Below, piece after piece: positions 53,631 to 64,000 of a DNA stretch of 64,000 bases. Below the pieces are notes generated by a model. That model worked only from the letters and a program-made list of their open reading frames with translations. It was not told where the DNA came from and did no database searches. This DNA is from Balanoglossus misakiensis (taxonomy: Eukaryota > Animalia > Hemichordata): the NCBI GenBank assembly GCA_040954595.2, contig CM082592.2, positions 2,282,338 to 2,346,337 on the forward strand, written 5' to 3'. A program made the translations under genes and the position numbers. Every line of letters starts with the position of its first letter. Position 1 is the stretch's first letter.

Positions 53631-54135
53631 AGTTTTATTTGACTTACAAATTCATTTTTATTTGACTGAGCTTGAAAATGACAATATTAAAAGTGAGTTT
53701 TCTAGCAATTATCAATGTAATCCTATTGAAGGAGACATATGTGCATTAATTTGCACAGTTTACAGGTTTATGTTCTGACTGTACATGATAGAGGTCATGC
53801 TGGAAAGAAATCAGTTCAGACTCTGGGCATGTAAAAGATCACCAGGCAGCCACAGTTATTTGTCCTATGATAAACAACTGATCATTGAGCACATTTCTTG
53901 AATAAGTCTGATTTCTTGAAACATACCCTATGAATACATGGTGATAGTCTAGGCATGAAAGGAATACAAGCAGATCAGGTGGTGGCCATATTGCATCTTG
54001 AAACATATCAACAAGCACATGAACCATTGAAAACAAAATGGCTGCTTGCCACTCACATTGGTTTGTGATGCAATGAAAACTGATGCATCTCATTTCATGG
54101 TAAAATTGTCAAGTTGGACTGAGACCCCTTCTTAA

Positions 54136-54909
54136 GATGGGGCACCCGTATCTTTTTGCCCGTTGCTATGGGCCTTTATAGGACAGTACACTCAATTTTG
54201 ATCGAAACCGCTATGAACGTCCAACAAGGGGCTAGTAATTACTTGATACCCACGATTGTGTGCACACCGCTTATCCAAGTATGGTTACGGCAGCTACTGC
54301 CCGGCCATAGGTGGCCATGCTGGTACGGCAAAGCAGCGGTCAGTGATAGCGTGTGCGTCCTTTAACCACAGTAACTGGATCGAATGTTACAAATCCAATG
54401 ATTTTGTACACTGGATTTTGCATCATAAACTAAAAAGGCTTTTTTTACAGGCCACATACGCCAGTCAAATTTGACCTGTTGACAGGGAACACACTTACAC
54501 ATAGCATGACGGATCGTTTCAACGGTTATCGTCGTGCTAAAGAAACGATATGGAAGTGTATGTCCAAAAACACCCGAAATCAATGATTTTTTCAGGGGTG
54601 GAACAGGTATGATGAATTCCACAGATGCAACGACCATATTGGAAAACAAAATCCTTCACAATATTCTCTGGTTCGTGCAACTAACAAATATGTATCAAAG
54701 TCGTTTTTGAGGTTATACAGCCTGAAAAGCCTTAGACTTTTGAAATTTAACCCATCTAATTTGCATATCAATGGCATCAGGGGGCATGCGCTCACAATTG
54801 TGCATATTTTCAACTTGTCACAAGTCCTTTGTTAGACTCTTAGTCCAAAGCAGGGTTAAGTGTCCCAAAACAGCCCATAGCAATGGGTTAAAACATACTG
54901 ATGCCCATC
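54136..54909. mobile_element. TTAA-flanked non-autonomous DNA transposon
   Basis: Imperfect TIRs GATGGGGCACCCGTAT..GCCCGTTGCTATGGGC / GCCCATAGCAATGGG..ATACTGATGCCCATC; TTAA on both sides. Confidence 0.65.
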
Positions 54910-57289
54910 TTAAAAAAGCTGACTGTGATACTGGCTAGTATTATTTAAGAAACAAATTAACATATATACAATAAGTACACTGATCATCTCCAAACTATCA
55001 ATGAAAATTCAAAACAATGTAAGGTGTGCCCTGAAAGTGAAAAAATGGGTCTCCTCCAAAGATAACCTATGACTGTAAACAAAGGTTGGATTTTACTTAC
55101 AAAGCAATTTGACAATGCATCTTTAAACAACTAAGTTAACTCTCGCACTAACCAATAATCACATCTCGAGGAATAATTTAACAAAACAATTAAATAAAAG
55201 GACCTGAGGCACTGAATAGAATACTACTATATCAAAAGTTAATGGCTGTTTGCAATAATTGCATTAAAAAAATAATGAGTTGATTTGGAGCAGAATGTTA
55301 CAAGAAACTTTTCAAATTTGTTGTGCATTGTATTTACAGATAAAGAATAAGTTTTTATAGTACTGTTCATGTATGGTTTCATGCCAATTTTAATTTGATA
55401 TTTAAGTGGCACTCCCACAATATGAGTACATGTACATGCTAAAAATCCAGTGGTTCACTTGAGAGAGATTCTTCATCTTCCAATATAACAGGTCTGTAGG
55501 GAGGCTGCCGACTGGACTCTAATGTGACTCTCTCATACACCTCTCCTTGTATTTCTTTGATGAGGGCTTGTATATTGGGACATGCCAGATAGAGATCATA
55601 GGCTGTTGCTTGCAGCAAAGGTTCCAGAAGTTTGTTGATTTCATCCAACACGGGTATGGTCTGCATGAATAATAAATCATAAATGTTGGTTACTTGATTA
55701 CTGTAAAACATTTTATTTTTTTCGCGAGCAATAAATTTTCGCGAAATACGCGAGAGCCAAAGTAACGTGAAAATAAAAACAATGGCAACTATCAACACTG
55801 ATGCCTTAATGACTGAGCATGGTGTGAATTATCTCCATTGTATAGCGTGTTGAAACGTTCCAGGTATCAACTTTCTATGGTTCTTTGACAGTTACCTTTG
55901 CACTAACGGTCGCCACAGTTGCAAATTGCGAAGAAATGTATTCGCAACGTGTGGCGAACGGCAATTTCTCCAGCTGATGAAGCATTTAGTTCTTTTTATT
56001 TTGATGATACGCATGACAGTAAAGACGATCACCGATTTTAATTTTGCAGTTGTAGTTTGATAAAAAAAGAACAATAAAGGTGAGCAACTACGGTAACAAA
56101 GTGCATACAGTGTATCAAAGGTCGATGAAACCCACATCTGAAAATGATGAGATATCCGGGAACAGTGCGCGTTCTCCGGATCGTTCCATTACGAAGTCCG
56201 ATGAAGCCATATGTGACGTGTACGAGCACATGCCCTACAAGTTATAAATACTCTTGGATTGAGATGATCGGAAGCTTACTCATATATTCCTTGTAGAAAA
56301 TATGATTTTACATTTGATAGCCTAAAACTGGTCGAAAGGGTAAGTTACCCATTGTACAATTTCCACATTCATGTAGTTACCCTCCTGCTACTACTTTGCA
56401 TAGTGTTGCTTTTGGATATCAGTAAACATGCAGGATTTACATCTATCTCTATTGCTGGGTTCACATCTAGGACCATGGCCGGGCAAAACTTAACCCAATG
56501 ATTGTGACAAGATAAGCTAATCTTTAGTCCCCGTTCACATTGTGTTTGGCACAGTCCTGGCCAACGTCGACTCGCCAACCTTTGACCTTTGAAATGTACC
56601 ATGGGTGAATACGGTCGATCAGAGAGTATGGAAAATGCTTAAAAGACAATCGATTTCTTCCGTACCCTTGTCGCCTCCTCAACTCACCATTGTCAAATGA
56701 TATACTACACTGTTATGTCAACTGTAAAGGACCAGAGTCGGACAAAACTTGTCCACACACACCAGGCCGTGATGAGAATTTGCCACAGATCACCCCTTTC
56801 GACTGGGACACAAAATTGTCCGGACAATGGCCGGCCAGACCCGTTCACACCTGTTTTTTTGCTCAGCCATGTACCTGGCCAGGACAAGGGCCTACCCTTT
56901 TTTGAGCAATGTGAACAGCCTCTATACTGCTTGAAATCACATAACTTTAAAATCACAAAAGAAATGTGCATCAAACAAGAGGCATACTGCAGACTACTTA
57001 CAGAATAATCCACTGAAAGGAACATCTGAAATGTTTCTTGATCTCGATCTGTCACTGATTTCAGTTTATTTTGGACGTACAGTGGAAGACTTCTTGGTGC
57101 AAAGCTGCATCCAGACTTCAAGACATTGTCAAGTTTCTCTCTGTAAGCAGTAGCCATTTTCCCGAGTACGCTGAGTTTCAATGCACCCTAAAATATGAAA
57201 TCAACAGAAACAAAATACAATAAAACACACACATCTTGAAGATTCCATCTCAAAGCAAGACCCTATAGACAGTGGTTTTTGTCTTTTTA

Positions 57290-58009
57290 CCGTACTTGCC
57301 CGGGTAAGAACCCCTGCTCGGACAAACGCCCCCCCCCCCCCTGGTTTTAGGGCCCATTTGAAGATCGAGGGCATATCCGGTCTAAAGCCCCCCCCCCCCC
57401 CCCCCCCCCCCCTCAGACAGGTCCCTCGGGACCATGCGTCGAATTCAACGATCACGTAGATGGACGCGCTGCCGCGTATGAGGTCACCGGGGAGCTTTCC
57501 AAAGCGGCCGCGTGGAGCTGCTTCAGTCCGTCCTTGACGCGAAACACCCAAAATTGGAAGATCCCGACGGAGAATGAACCACTCAAAAATTCCGGTAGAG
57601 AAAGGCATGATTGCCACGATTAAGATAGATGTATTTACGTGCGTCCGTCCGTCGACGTCTAAGTATTAAATGCATGGGTGGGATCGACCATTTACCAATG
57701 TCCCGGTTAAACGGGATGTTTTGTCTGCGCCCATGGTGTCCCGATTAAACGGCGGCGACTGTAATATGTTTTCTGTATTTCATTTATGGGAAAAAAAACT
57801 TTTTATTATTTAATAAATACATTGTTTGACCGTGAAATTTTTGGGCATGTTATTTGCATCATTATTCACCCCTTCCTCGTGTCCCTAGGCCCTCATTTGC
57901 ATAAATGTCGAGGTTGCGTCCGGGCTAAAGCCCCCCCCCCCCCCCCCCCCCCTGTTTTTTCGCTAATTTGTGGGCCCAGCACCCGGGGCTCTTACCCGGG
58001 CAAGTACGG
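57290..58009. mobile_element. Tc1/mariner-superfamily (pogo-type) MITE
   Basis: TIR CCGTACTTGCCCGGGTAAGA / TCTTACCCGGGCAAGTACGG with TA TSD. Confidence 0.85.
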
Positions 58010-58233
58010 TACATAATTTTTGGATATATTTGTTCAGTATGACAAGGTTCTGAACAAGAATATACAGATACACTCTTACCCATCTTAGAGACATGCATAT
58101 GGCATACATTTTTGTGATATATTTATGGAAAGCACAAGAGGGCACGGCAGACAGTTGTTCATTCAACTTCAGGAGAGCTGTAGTACAGTTTATTACTTCC
58201 ATACACATGCACACTCTACAAAATCATGAATAC

Positions 58234-58382
58234 TTAGGGGTTATTACACGAATTTTGGTCGATAATGCGTCGTATTCGAGTGATGTCCGTATTTTGACGA
58301 GTTGCGAAGCGCAACTCGTCAAAATACGGACATCACTCGAATACGACGCGTTATCGACCAAAATTCGTGTAATAACCCCTAA
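58234..58382. repeat. 149-bp hairpin: 73-bp arms, 3-nt loop, one mismatch
   Basis: TTAGGGGTTATTACACG...GAGTTGCG-AAG-CGCAACTC...CGTGTAATAACCCCTAA. Confidence 0.95.
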
Positions 58383-58916
58383 ATATTACACAGTTTCCCG
58401 TAAATCTGCTTTATTACTATTTTTATTACAGCATTTTCCAAGTAAATGCATGGAATACACTGGTCTCATTCCAATGTAGCTTGTGTGTTATATAAGATGA
58501 CGTGCCTTCATTTTGAACCTTCACACAGTTTCATCCAATATAAAGCCTGACCATGGCGTGAATCAATATATAGCTGCTATTTCATTATTTATCTTGACAA
58601 TGTGGAAAAGTACTTACTTGTTCCTCTGGAGGCAAAACTTCTGGTTGTTGTTCTGCTTTCTTTTTCTTGGGATCGACAGGGGGTGGAGGAGGAGGATTTC
58701 TTTTCAACTGTAAAGCTGCTGCCAATACACTGTCCGATTCTAAATCATAGATGATAAGGTCTTGCATGGTTTTATTCAGGCCAATGAGATACTCAATCTG
58801 GTATGCTGTACTGTGTAGCATCCTATAGCAGTCCGGGATGTACTGGTGTTGCTGTTAGAGGTAAAGCAATACATGATAAGAAATGACTATCAAGTGCCAA
58901 GAATATGATAGACATA

Positions 58917-59122
58917 CTATAAAACACTTTATTTTCGCGAGTTAAAATTTTCCGCGATATCGAGAGAGGCCACTGTTTCGCGAGTATTAATTTTCGCGTT
59001 CTATTTCATTCACTGCATCGTTATCTTCAAAAGAAATTTACACGACTTCTTATTTTCACGCTATTTTGGCTCTCGCATATTTCGCAAAAATTTATTGCTC
59101 GCGAAAATAAAGTGTTTTACAG
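58917..59122. mobile_element. ~205-bp TA-TSD MITE; family copies at 63721-63925 and partial copies near 30493, 55701 and 63180-63284
   Basis: TIR CT(G/A)TAAAACACTTTATTTTCGCGAG flanked by TA; several related copies in the window. Confidence 0.8.
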
Positions 59123-62100
59123 TATTTCATCGGGGCCAAGCCATTGTCAAAAATAGTCACTGCTGGATAAGAAAACATTGGACAAATGCGTAAAAAGAAA
59201 GTGGCTCTGAAAATGTTCATAACAAAGTATACTGGCTGGGTATTACATTGAAGCATATGATAAAACAATCACGCCAAATACTTGGCATGCACATGTACCA
59301 GTATATTCTGTAAGTGCAGTCTCTTACTTTCTCTTTTTGCCATGCTATAGAAAATCGCTGTTTCAATTACCTTGTATATCAGTGATCTAGTAAGTATCCA
59401 TTTGAAAACAGTGACGTAATCCTGATTGTCGGTGGCTTCTTGAATCTTGGATTTGATGAAGACATTGGTGGTTTTCAGATTGCTCACACTGTATGGATTG
59501 TGCCTGTCTTCTGGACCACCTTGTTGAAAATGGAATGCGGCCTGTAATGATCATAAGATGTCAAAATTGACCCGAGTGTAGTCTAACATGCTTCTGGGGA
59601 GACTTTGAGTCAACTTTAAGTGTGTCAGTCCTGTATCTTCACACTGAACTGGAGGTGGCACTAACTGTCGTTCTTGCAAGCTCCAACAATTTTTAAGTCC
59701 CATTTAGAGTGTATATATACCATGGGACCTTATGGAAACAGTTGCGTCTGTAAGTATGTATGGATAGATGTATGTCTGTTTATCCGTTCACATCAAATAC
59801 TTAAAAACAGCTGTGGAAGATAAATATATGGGACGAAATCAGTCGATGGAACCAGATCAAATCCGAAAATGGTCTGACATCAAATGTCAAAGGGCACGTT
59901 TGCTGATCAACATGTACAACATTTCCGTTGTAAACAAACCCGCGCATCATTTCAAGTGTTACGGGCAATATTTACAGCTTGCATGTAGCTACAGTTGCCC
60001 AAACCTTTCTTCTATCTTCATTAGGTAGTATTCCATGATGAATGTACGGAAAAAACAGGCAATTTTCGATGATGAAAAATGGATAAACATGAGAAATACT
60101 GGGGCTTTAACATTTACATGATACTCCAAAACTCAGTGATTTACAATGAAATAACCAGTATAAACAGTAGCAAAGTTGGCCATTTTCATCATGTTTATAT
60201 GGTGCACTCACCTTTTCGTGACTGAAAAATGCATTCTGATACAAATTAGCTGGGTTGTAAGGAAAGAATGTGCGGTAACTGTAACAAGAAAAAAAATCAT
60301 TCTTGGATGACGTGTCAAACATACGGTAACACTCTTGATTAGTCAGACACATTGTAATTGTGCTCTCCCTGAGGCTTTGAAAACTCATCTCAGTATGGTT
60401 GTATCACTGCTATTACAATCTACAAAATGTCTTCTTAAAATAGGATCTTTGGCAGAAATTTTGAGACATTCCTGCAAGAATACTTCTGATTGCCATACAT
60501 ACACATGGCTTATAGCAGCTAAAAATCCATTTTCTTATCTAAGCTGCTTTTGGCAATTTCCATGAAATAGAAAAGACATATTTTGAATGTACATGTATAT
60601 ATACTTACTCATCTTCAGTGTTCTCGACATAATGCAACAAGAGATGCTTGACAATTTTGAGGTATCTCCAGCCAATAGCTCTGTACACCTAAAAATAAAT
60701 ACAAGCATGAAATTTGTTATACAGCTCTTACTGGAAAACGTGATACAAAACACAATTGACAGGGCCACAGGTCGTTGATGTTCAAATATGCCCTATTGTC
60801 ATTTGTTGGAAAATTCATCCAATCGGATGTACCCTGATAGTCAATATGAGAATATCCAATCATTAACGATTCAAATTAACATTAATTATGCAAGCCACAC
60901 CCACCAAAAACAAATCAGCTCTTCCCTTTCAAAACATTTGACTCCTGATATGTCTACCAGTACCTTTAAGGAAGGGGGGGGGGGGGGGGTAGGGAGGGGG
61001 GGGGGGGTAGGGAGGGGGGTGGGTGGGGTTTAGTGTCATCTGAAATTCTTTTCTGTTTATTAACACACCATCAGTATTGTTACCACTGTTCAGGGAGACT
61101 CTGTCAACCAATACTATAATTATCAAAGTCACTTGGGAATGTGAAAAAAAGTAATGATGCATTGTTTGCCATGGTCTGCATACAGTGAAATACCCTGCAA
61201 TAGCAACCATATTGTTTTCAAGGAATGACATACGTTGCAGTAGCTACACTTTCTGCCACTCTGCTTTGCTAGCAACTATGCCGTAAGACCCATACTTGAT
61301 TAGCCACAAATCAGTTGACCCATCTGCTTGCTGGTAAATACGACTGTCATATGTTGTAACCTACCCTCAAGTAAAGTGGTTGTTTTGTTTCCACTGCCTT
61401 GGAGACTTCCAGTTCAAACGCATTTGCTTTCTTTCTTATGTCATCCAAGCTCCATCTTGCTACATCTCCAACATACAGTCCCATCACGACCACAGAGTTG
61501 TCTTGGCTCAACTTCAGCACATAATTGCGAACTGTGGTCCAAACATTAACGTCATCATTAGGCTGTTGTATTTATCTTTGGAAGAGATAATTCTACAAAG
61601 AAGTGGACAACCTTGCAATGCCACAGATCCTACGGAATGCCTTTAAAGCACTGCCACATCCATTAAAGAACCATGATCGAGCAGCCAAATTTCACATATA
61701 TTTTTTGCCTAAATAAAAAAACCTTCGATTCTTCTCCCTATCCTTTAAAATCCTCACCATTAAGCCACTGTACTTGTATTTGCATCAGTTTGTCATCTCT
61801 TGGTGACATATTCAACAATAGTTTTGTACTTTTTACATGGTGGCCGAATAAGGCTTGAGTTGCAAATGCATGAGTTGCGACTGGATAATTAGAAACATTA
61901 ATAAGCTTTAAAAAATGATTTTAATTCTGTGTATTAAACGTACCAGGCTTTAATTTACATGGCACTGCTGAATATTGTTCAATGCATCACGTTTTATTAT
62001 TAGCTGCAGCAAAATTTCTCAAATTTAATTCAGCTATTGCGAGTATTAAAGGTAATACATACCAGGTTCACACAGGATAAATTTTGAGATGGTTCTGAAG

Positions 62101-62539
62101 CTTTTCAGATAAGATACCGTCTTAAAAAAACATGTGTGGACGGTGTATAGTGGTTCTGAAACGTCTCAGATTTGAGACGGCTTTGCCGGTCAGACCTGAG
62201 CCGGTGTAAGGATTAACACCTCTCCGCAACCCATTGTCTATGGGACTGAGCCTCAGCGCCTATACATAAACTTTGTGTGAGTGGACACAACGCGACTCAA
62301 AGGATTTTTATGCACAATAAATCTCCTATATTATTACGATTATTATTAATTTCAATAACTTACTTATGTCCAGATAGATAAGCACTGCTTCACCATGGCA
62401 ACCCTGAGGTCCTTTAAAGTAACAATGCTCATGCAATTCCAAATCATTCAGATATGGCATCATGGCACCATACATTGGGGACCAACCACTGACAGCAAAT
62501 GCCATTGCAATCTGTAAGGAATAATAATAAAATTGATTG

Positions 62540-62862
62540 GTTGGTTGGATGGATAGATGGATGGATGGATGGATGGATGGATGTCTGGACTTGACTGAAC
62601 GACCGACTGACTGGCCTTGGTGGGACTGACTGAAGGAATGAATGATGGATCGATCGATCGATTGATCGATCGATGGAACGATGGATAGATAGATGGATGT
62701 CTGACTGAATGAATGACCGACAGACTGGACTTGATTGGACTGACTGACTGACTGATGGAATGAATGAATGAATGAATGAATGAATGAATGAATGAATGAA
62801 TGAATGAATGAATCAATGAATGAATGAATGAATGCGTCAATGAATGAATGAATGAATGAATG
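62540..62862. repeat. Compound (ATGG)/(GATC)/(ACTG)/(AATG)n microsatellite
   Basis: Directly visible. Confidence 0.9.
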
Positions 62863-64000
62863 AACTCTTTAACTGGTAGTACCAGTAGGACACAAAATAA
62901 TTTACCTTCTTATGTATATATCATGACTAGGAATACGAACAGACAGTGGCACATGTACATGTATGCAAAACCCTAACCATAACCAGCAAGCAGAGAAATA
63001 GTAATATAGCTACAGGGTAGTACATGTAGTTCAAAGCAGACATCATGCTTTGTAGCACCATAGGAAATTTGAGCGAAGTCAATCCATTGAATCTGATAAA
63101 AGGAATTGTAATTTGTACAAAAGCATCTCAAACTCATGAAGGAAATTTTCAATAGAGGCAACTGTTACAAGATAATTTATTTTCACGTTCTCATATTTCA
63201 CTGCATCGTTATCTCCCAAAAACATTCTTTGGCTCTTGCATAGTTCGTGAAAATTTATCGTTCGCAAAAATTTCCCGTTTTACAGTTTTTCTCAATATAT
63301 TTTCACAGATGCTTTTGTTAATACTGTGGTCCATTGAAATTCTGTGTTTCACCTGTTGTAATGACAGGAACACACCACCTAAATACAATTTGCTTTTAAA
63401 CTTTGTGCAATGCCCAGATAGTACCATACCATTTCTTGTTACCTTGAATTGACCTTTCCTCTGGGGGAAATCCGTGGTCACATACTGCTTTGCAACAGTG
63501 ACAACTTTCTGGAAGTTTGCCACATCAATAACCGAGAACGCCGTCTGGTGACCATACACATCACAACCACCCAGATGATAGATGTAGTTCTCACCATCTA
63601 CCAGTTTGCATTCATTATGGACCAACCTTGAGTTCAGGCCATCATTGCTTTCGCTCCATAAATTCATCCTACAAGTACAAAGGAATACAAAGTTTCCCTC
63701 ATAACGGATGCATCAATTTACTGTAAAACACTTTATTTTCGCGAGCAATTAATTTTCGCAAAATACAAATGTACGCGAGAGCCAAAATAGCGTGAAAATA
63801 AAAAGTCGCGTAAATTTTTTTCGAAGACAACAATGCAGTGAATGAAATATGAGAACGTAAAAATTAATACTCGCGAAACAGTAGCCTCTCTCGATATCGC
63901 GAAAATTTTAACTCATGTTTTACAGTATAACTCATGTACACTAAATACATGCAAAATTAACAAGGAAAACCAAACAAAGACATGGTCCAGTCATTCTGGT

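Larger units (their letters stand above)
55439..63668 (-). pseudogene. Unidentified multi-exon gene with stops and frameshifts, probably continuing past the window end
   Basis: AG/GT-bounded, mostly phase-compatible exons: 63443-63668, 62364-62511, ~61365-61880 (stops), 60609-60688, ~59371-59690 (one TGA), 58618-58851, 58080-58215 (frameshift), 57002-57187, terminal 55439-55660 (..SSEPLDF*). Confidence 0.65.

Noticed and set aside
60970-61030. G-rich tract with G-quadruplex potential
   Set aside because: Poly-G/C runs are common across this window; nothing supports a specific function.
55439-63668. Endogenous viral element interpretation of the decayed minus-strand coding blocks
   Set aside because: The blocks are bounded by canonical, phase-compatible splice sites, which indicates a spliced gene.

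Overview
AT-rich, intron-containing animal DNA; the repeat types suggest a marine invertebrate, but this is inference. No intact gene is evident. Three spliced genes appear damaged. (1) The 3' half of a TRAPPC4 copy (+) has a frameshift and a Harbinger-type MITE in its last exon. (2) An unidentified coiled-coil gene (-, 24.9-38.2 kb) has a stop-codon region amplified into an 87-bp x ~34 array. (3) An unidentified multi-exon gene (-, 55.4-63.7 kb) has in-frame stops. Between them lie a decayed Tc1, a Tigger/pogo derivative, a MULE-like element with a 10-bp TSD, Helentron-type (HINE-like) elements, many MITEs, a Gypsy pol fragment and long palindromes. The most striking structure is an 11.6-kb, 127-bp satellite (40016-51640). 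It carries six copies of a 299-bp inverted-repeat-bounded cassette, always at the same nucleotide of the monomer (CTCGTTA^TTTGCAT) and in alternating orientations. This suggests satellite-targeted, site-specific insertion or inversion, later amplified as higher-order repeats. A 2.6-kb decayed tract (16.1-18.7 kb) has motif remnants suggestive of a narna-like viral RdRp (speculative). All alignments and translations were done by eye; no database searches were run.
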